Assembly: GCA_045863855.1 (NCBI GenBank)
Contig: BTVV01000003.1
Coordinates: 32,001-96,000 of the forward strand
Source of the DNA: Planctomycetota bacterium
GTDB taxonomy: Bacteria > Planctomycetota > SZUA-567 > H5-PLA8
DNA: 64,000 bases
Direction: 5' to 3'
Every line of letters begins with the position of its first letter. Position 1 is the stretch's first letter. The position numbers and the translations under genes were made by a program. This document shows positions 59,696 through 64,000 of the stretch, piece after piece. Below the pieces are notes generated by a model, which was not told the DNA's origin, searched no databases, and was given only the letters and a program-made list of their open reading frames with translations.

Positions 59696-60958
59696 ATGTA
59701 CGTGATTCCTGTCGCCCTCCGCTTTCTGCGCAAGCGTCCCATCTCTTGGATGGCCGCGGCGATCACGATGCTGATCGTGATCCTGTACCTGCTCATTATT
59801 TCTGTGATGGAAGGCTTCAAGGCGCTGCATATGGACAGCTTGCAGTCGGTGCAGGCGCACATGACGGTGCAAGCCGGTTCGATCGCGCGCGGGATGTGGC
59901 ATCCCGAAAAGTGGGCCGCAGAAGTTGCGGGCGTCGAGGGCGTGAAGGGGGTCACGATCGGGCTGGAGATTCCGGCCATCGCGATCTTCGACGAGAGCCG
60001 CACGATCGGCGCGCTGCGCGGGGTGGATCTGGACCGCGAACTGGCCTTGGGGCGCATGCGCGAACTGATCTCGCCCAAGGATCTGAGCGAGTTCGGGGTG
60101 CATGACGTGGGCGGAAAGACGCTCCGGGGGTGCATCGTCGGCGGGATGTGGAAGCGGCGGCATAACTTGAAGACGGGCGATCACGTCACGTTCCTATTCA
60201 CCGACGAAGAGGGCGATCCGCGGCCGGTGGCGTTCCGCATCGTCGGCTTCTTCGAAGGGAAAGACCCGTATTACGAGAATGCGGCCTTCGTGGACCGCTC
60301 GTACCTGTCCGACAAGCTGGGCATTCCGGGGCAGGCGAAGACGCTGAGCGTTTGGGTCGTCGGCGATCCGGACCGTCCGGACCTCGACGAGATTCGCTCG
60401 AAGGTGAAGGGGACGGTCGACGCGGCGATGGCACGCGACGTGCCGCACTTGAAGCAGCTCCGCGAGGTGCTGGAGGTCGAGACCTGGCGCGAGAAGGGCG
60501 ACAACTGGTATCAGGCGATCACGCGCGAGAACCAGATCATGCGTTTCATCATGGGCATTTTCCTGGTCTTCGTGGTGATCATCATCATGCTGATCCTGAG
60601 CCGGATGGTGGCCGAGAAGGTGCGCGATATTGGCGTGTTGCGCGCGATGGGCGCGACGCCGCGGGGCATCCTGGCTTTATTCCTGGTGCAAGGCCTGTGC
60701 ATCACCTTGGCCGGGCTGGCCTTAGGGTTGCCGCTGGCGGTGTTGCTGATCCGGAACCTCAACGAGTTGGAAAAGGCCTTTCAGGTGAACATCTTTCCCA
60801 AGGCGGCGTTTCTGATCGAGACGATTCCCTCACGTCTGCTGCCGCAGGACGTGGCGCTGATCGTGGTCCTTACGCTGGGGGCGGGTTTCCTGGGCGCGCT
60901 GTATCCGGCGTGGAAGGCCTCGCGGTTGGATCCGGTCGAGTGTTTGAGGCATGAGTAA
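59696..60958 (+). CDS. lipoprotein-releasing ABC permease (LolC/E family)
   Basis: VALRFLR, ISVMEGF, EKVRDIGVLRAMGA, YPAWKASRLDPVECLRHE. Confidence 0.88.
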   Translation: MYVIPVALRFLRKRPISWMAAAITMLIVILYLLIISVMEGFKALHMDSLQSVQAHMTVQAGSIARGMWHPEKWAAEVAGVEGVKGVTIGLEIPAIAIFDESRTIGALRGVDLDRELALGRMRELISPKDLSEFGVHDVGGKTLRGCIVGGMWKRRHNLKTGDHVTFLFTDEEGDPRPVAFRIVGFFEGKDPYYENAAFVDRSYLSDKLGIPGQAKTLSVWVVGDPDRPDLDEIRSKVKGTVDAAMARDVPHLKQLREVLEVETWREKGDNWYQAITRENQIMRFIMGIFLVFVVIIIMLILSRMVAEKVRDIGVLRAMGATPRGILALFLVQGLCITLAGLALGLPLAVLLIRNLNELEKAFQVNIFPKAAFLIETIPSRLLPQDVALIVVLTLGAGFLGALYPAWKASRLDPVECLRHE

Positions 60959-61706
60959 CGTGGGCGAGCGCACGGAGGCGGCGATGGCGGCGAACGATGC
61001 GAAGCGCTCCGGCGCGGCACTGCTGCGCGCGACGGAGATGCGCCGCACGTTCATCGACGGCGAGCGGCGGCTGGAGGTGCTGAAGCAAGCCACGCTGACG
61101 GTGCATGCCGGCGAAGTAGTTGCGCTGATCGGGAAGAGCGGGAGCGGGAAGTCCACGCTGCTGCATCTGCTGGGACTGCTCGACCGGCCCGACGGGGGCG
61201 AAGTGGAACTCGACGCCACCCCGACGGCGAAACTGGGAGAGGCCGAACGCGCGGAGCTGCGCAACCGGCTGATCGGCTTCATATTTCAGCACTATTTCCT
61301 GCTGCCCGACTTCAACGTACTCGAGAACGTACTGATGCCGGCGCGGCTGGCAGGGATCTCGGCCGCCGCGGCCCGAGGACGCGCGGAGGAGTTGCTGGAG
61401 GCGGTGGACTTGAAGGATCGCGCCCGGCAGCGCCCGCTTACGCTTAGCGGAGGGGAGCGGCAGCGCGTGGCGATCGCCCGGGCCTTGATGCAGCGCCCGC
61501 GGGTGCTGCTTTGCGACGAGCCCACAGGCAACCTTGACCCGGCCACGGGTACACGTATCATGGCGCTGATCTTTGAGTTAGCGCGCCGAGACGGAATGGC
61601 CGCCGCGGTCGTGACTCACGACCCGGCGCTGGCCGAACAAGCCGACCGTATTCTGCGCCTGGAGTCCGGAACGCTGCAACTCCAGGCCAAGCGCACTCAA
61701 GTTTAG
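60951..61706 (+). CDS. lolD: lipoprotein-releasing ABC ATPase
   Basis: GKSGSGKS, LRNRLIGFIFQ, LSGGE, DEPTGNLD; follows the lolC/E-like gene. Confidence 0.85.
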   Translation: MSNVGERTEAAMAANDAKRSGAALLRATEMRRTFIDGERRLEVLKQATLTVHAGEVVALIGKSGSGKSTLLHLLGLLDRPDGGEVELDATPTAKLGEAERAELRNRLIGFIFQHYFLLPDFNVLENVLMPARLAGISAAAARGRAEELLEAVDLKDRARQRPLTLSGGERQRVAIARALMQRPRVLLCDEPTGNLDPATGTRIMALIFELARRDGMAAAVVTHDPALAEQADRILRLESGTLQLQAKRTQV

Positions 61707-61786
61707 CCGCGCCCAAGGAGGCGCGGGGACGTTCAAGCCGGGCGCGGCCGCGCGGGCGGGGCGCCTTCATCTTGTTGGAGTTCGTG

Positions 61787-62674
61787 ATGAGCATTCAGGT
61801 GTGGATCGACGGCGAGTACTACCCCAAGGACCAGGCGAAGGTTTCGGTCTTCGACCACGGCCTGCTGTACGGAGACGGCGTCTTCGAAGGCATTCGCTCG
61901 TACCACGGGAAAGTCTTCCGGCTCAAGCAGCACGTCGACCGGCTCTACGCCAGCGCCAAGGCGATCTGGCTGGAAGTACCGATCTCGAAGGCCGAGATGA
62001 GCCAGCGGATCGAAGAGACGGTGAAGATCAACAAGCTCACCGATTCGTACATTCGCGTGCTGGTCACGCGCGGCAAGGGCGACTTGGGGCTCGACCCGCG
62101 CAAGTGCCCGCGTCCGACAATCGTGATCATCGCCGATACGATTCAGCTCTATCCGCCCGAGTTCTACCAGAAGGGTCTGGATGTGATCACCGCTGCGACG
62201 CCGATTAGCCACCGCGAGAACCTGAATCCGCGGATCAAGTCGCTGAACTACCTGGGGCACATCCTGGCCAAGATCGAAGGGATCCAGGCGGGCGTGCATG
62301 AGGTGGTGATGCTGGACCCGGCCGGCTTCGTGGCCGAATGCAGCGGCGATAATATTTTCGTGATCAATCCGCCGGATCACAAGAGCGGCGGGAAGAAGAT
62401 CCTGCGCACGCCGCACGCCAACGCCGGCATCCTGAAGGGGGTGACGCGCGACGCGGTGATCGAATTGGCCTCATCGGGCGGATACGATGTCCGAGAAGAA
62501 CTCTTCACGCGCTACGACCTGTATACGGCGGACGAGATGTTTCTGACGGGCACAGGTGCAGAGATCATTTCGGTCGTAAAGGTGGACGGGCGAACGATTG
62601 CCGACGGCAAACCCGGTCCGGTAACGCTCGATCTGCTGGCGCGGTTCCGCGAATTGACCAAGACGGGTGGATAA
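61787..62674 (+). CDS. ilvE: branched-chain amino acid aminotransferase (fold type IV)
   Basis: DHGLLYGDGVFEG, IKSLNY, ECSGDNIF, ILKGVTR, FLTGTGAE. Confidence 0.92.
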   Translation: MSIQVWIDGEYYPKDQAKVSVFDHGLLYGDGVFEGIRSYHGKVFRLKQHVDRLYASAKAIWLEVPISKAEMSQRIEETVKINKLTDSYIRVLVTRGKGDLGLDPRKCPRPTIVIIADTIQLYPPEFYQKGLDVITAATPISHRENLNPRIKSLNYLGHILAKIEGIQAGVHEVVMLDPAGFVAECSGDNIFVINPPDHKSGGKKILRTPHANAGILKGVTRDAVIELASSGGYDVREELFTRYDLYTADEMFLTGTGAEIISVVKVDGRTIADGKPGPVTLDLLARFRELTKTGG

Positions 62675-62827
62675 AGGGCGTGTTGTCGCGAGTGGCGGCA
62701 GCATGGGCTTTACGAGGTGCGTCCACTTTTTAAGGGCATAGCTCGGGAACGATATATCTTTTGCACCGGTGGTTCGGGGACCGTCGGGCGAAGAGGTCGG
62801 TCCGCGAGAGCGAGCCAAGCGTTCATT

Positions 62828-64000
62828 ATGCCGCAGTTGCGTATTAAAAACGGTCCGCAAAAGAACTCCCTCGTTCAAGTCGAGGGGGATAAGCCGATTA
62901 TTATTGGCCGCGATCCGACCACCTCATTGCAGGTAATCGACAAGGGCGTTTCGCGCGAGCACGCGGAAGTGTTTCGCGTGGGCGAGATGGTCTTCATCCG
63001 CGACCTGGGAAGCCGCAACGGGACGTTCGTCAACGAAGAGCAGATGGAAGAGGAACTGCTGCGCGAAGGCGACGTGATCCGCCTGGGCAGCACGCAGATC
63101 GTTTTCGAGTCGTCTGGCAAGACGCAGAACAAAGATGTCGAGTACGACGAAGCGGCCGAGTTCAAAACTTCGCTGGAGTTGAAGGTCGAGGATCTGTTCG
63201 TCGGCGAAGGCGAGAACAGCGCGCGGGCGGGGGAGCACTTCCGCGCAATCTGCCAAGCCACGCAGTTGATGGCGCGCAACATCGACGAGGATGAACTCTT
63301 CGGGCACATCACGACGCTGATCCAGGAGTACGTGCCCGCCGATCACCTGTACCTGTTCCTGAAGGACGAGGAGACCGGCGCGATCGTTCCGCGGGCGACG
63401 AAGCAGCAGGGCGAGAACCGCCAGATCCCGATTTCTCGGACGATCCTGAAGCGCGTGATCACCGAAGCGCGGGCGATCCTTACGGCCGACGCGATGCAGG
63501 ACGAGCGCTTCAAGACGGGCGATTCGATCGTGATGCACCAGATTCGCAGTGTGCTGTGCGTGCCGGTGATGTCCGGCCGCAAGGCGCTGGGCGCGCTGTA
63601 CGCCGTCAACGCGCGGCTGGCCGAGACTTTCGACCAGGAAGACCTGGAACTGCTGACCGCGATCTGCACGCAATTGGGCGCGCACCTGACGCTGCTCTCC
63701 GCCACCAAAGGCCGGCGGCGGATGTTTATGGGCCTGATCGGCAAGCTCGTCGCGCTGTTGGAAACCGCGGAGACGGGCCGAGGCGGGCATGCCGAGCGGG
63801 TCGGCACGGCGTCGGCGGCGATCGCACGGCAGATGAACCTCGATGAGTTGGAAGTTCTGCGCGTCACCGTCGCCGGCTACCTGCACGATATCGGGAAGTT
63901 CAAGAGCGTGGTCTCGAGCGCCCCGGACAAGGGCGAAGTCAAGAAGGGCGATCCGCACGTACATTACGCCACGCTTCTGCTCGAGACGCTCCCCGGACTG
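62828..64000 (+). CDS. FHA + GAF + HD(-GYP-like) signalling protein, truncated at window edge
   Basis: Not in ORF track. Manual translation gives IGRD..VSREHA..DLGSRNGT (FHA), DAMQDERF..SVLCVP (GAF) and GHAERV..YLHDIGK (HD). Confidence 0.88.
   Translation, partial: MPQLRIKNGPQKNSLVQVEGDKPIIIGRDPTTSLQVIDKGVSREHAEVFRVGEMVFIRDLGSRNGTFVNEEQMEEELLREGDVIRLGSTQIVFESSGKTQNKDVEYDEAAEFKTSLELKVEDLFVGEGENSARAGEHFRAICQATQLMARNIDEDELFGHITTLIQEYVPADHLYLFLKDEETGAIVPRATKQQGENRQIPISRTILKRVITEARAILTADAMQDERFKTGDSIVMHQIRSVLCVPVMSGRKALGALYAVNARLAETFDQEDLELLTAICTQLGAHLTLLSATKGRRRMFMGLIGKLVALLETAETGRGGHAERVGTASAAIARQMNLDELEVLRVTVAGYLHDIGKFKSVVSSAPDKGEVKKGDPHVHYATLLLETLPGL

Overview
GC-rich bacterial chromosomal window, most likely Planctomycetota. 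This is inferred from the zinc-ribbon-inserted SpoVG, a DUF1559/H-X9-DG-type protein, large Hanks kinases, sulfatase/PhyH genes and an OprP-like porin. About 50 CDS, with no rRNA, tRNA, CRISPR array, transposase or integrase seen. Housekeeping genes: rpsO-pnp, ispE-spoVG, coaX-mnmE-like-pyrR-pyrB-pyrC, dinB, cysC, lolC/E-lolD, ilvE, mobA. Most notable items: (1) an RbfA-paralog plus RtcB RNA-ligase operon preceded by an unannotated 15-codon leader ORF that is complementary to the downstream ribosome-binding site, a candidate attenuation-controlled ribosome-repair module; (2) a partner-switching cluster of HU-like/REC/RsbW-kinase and STAS/zinc-ribbon/pseudo-RsbW fusions flanked by two MshEN proteins; (3) a MacB-type ABC exporter with three tandem long membrane-fusion proteins; (4) APS kinase fused to an FtsK-gamma-like winged helix; (5) an MnmE paralog lacking the C-terminal FCxGK motif; (6) a frameshifted membrane-protein gene; (7) a low-GC TPR/double-retropepsin gene. 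All calls come from motif recognition by eye, with no database searches run.
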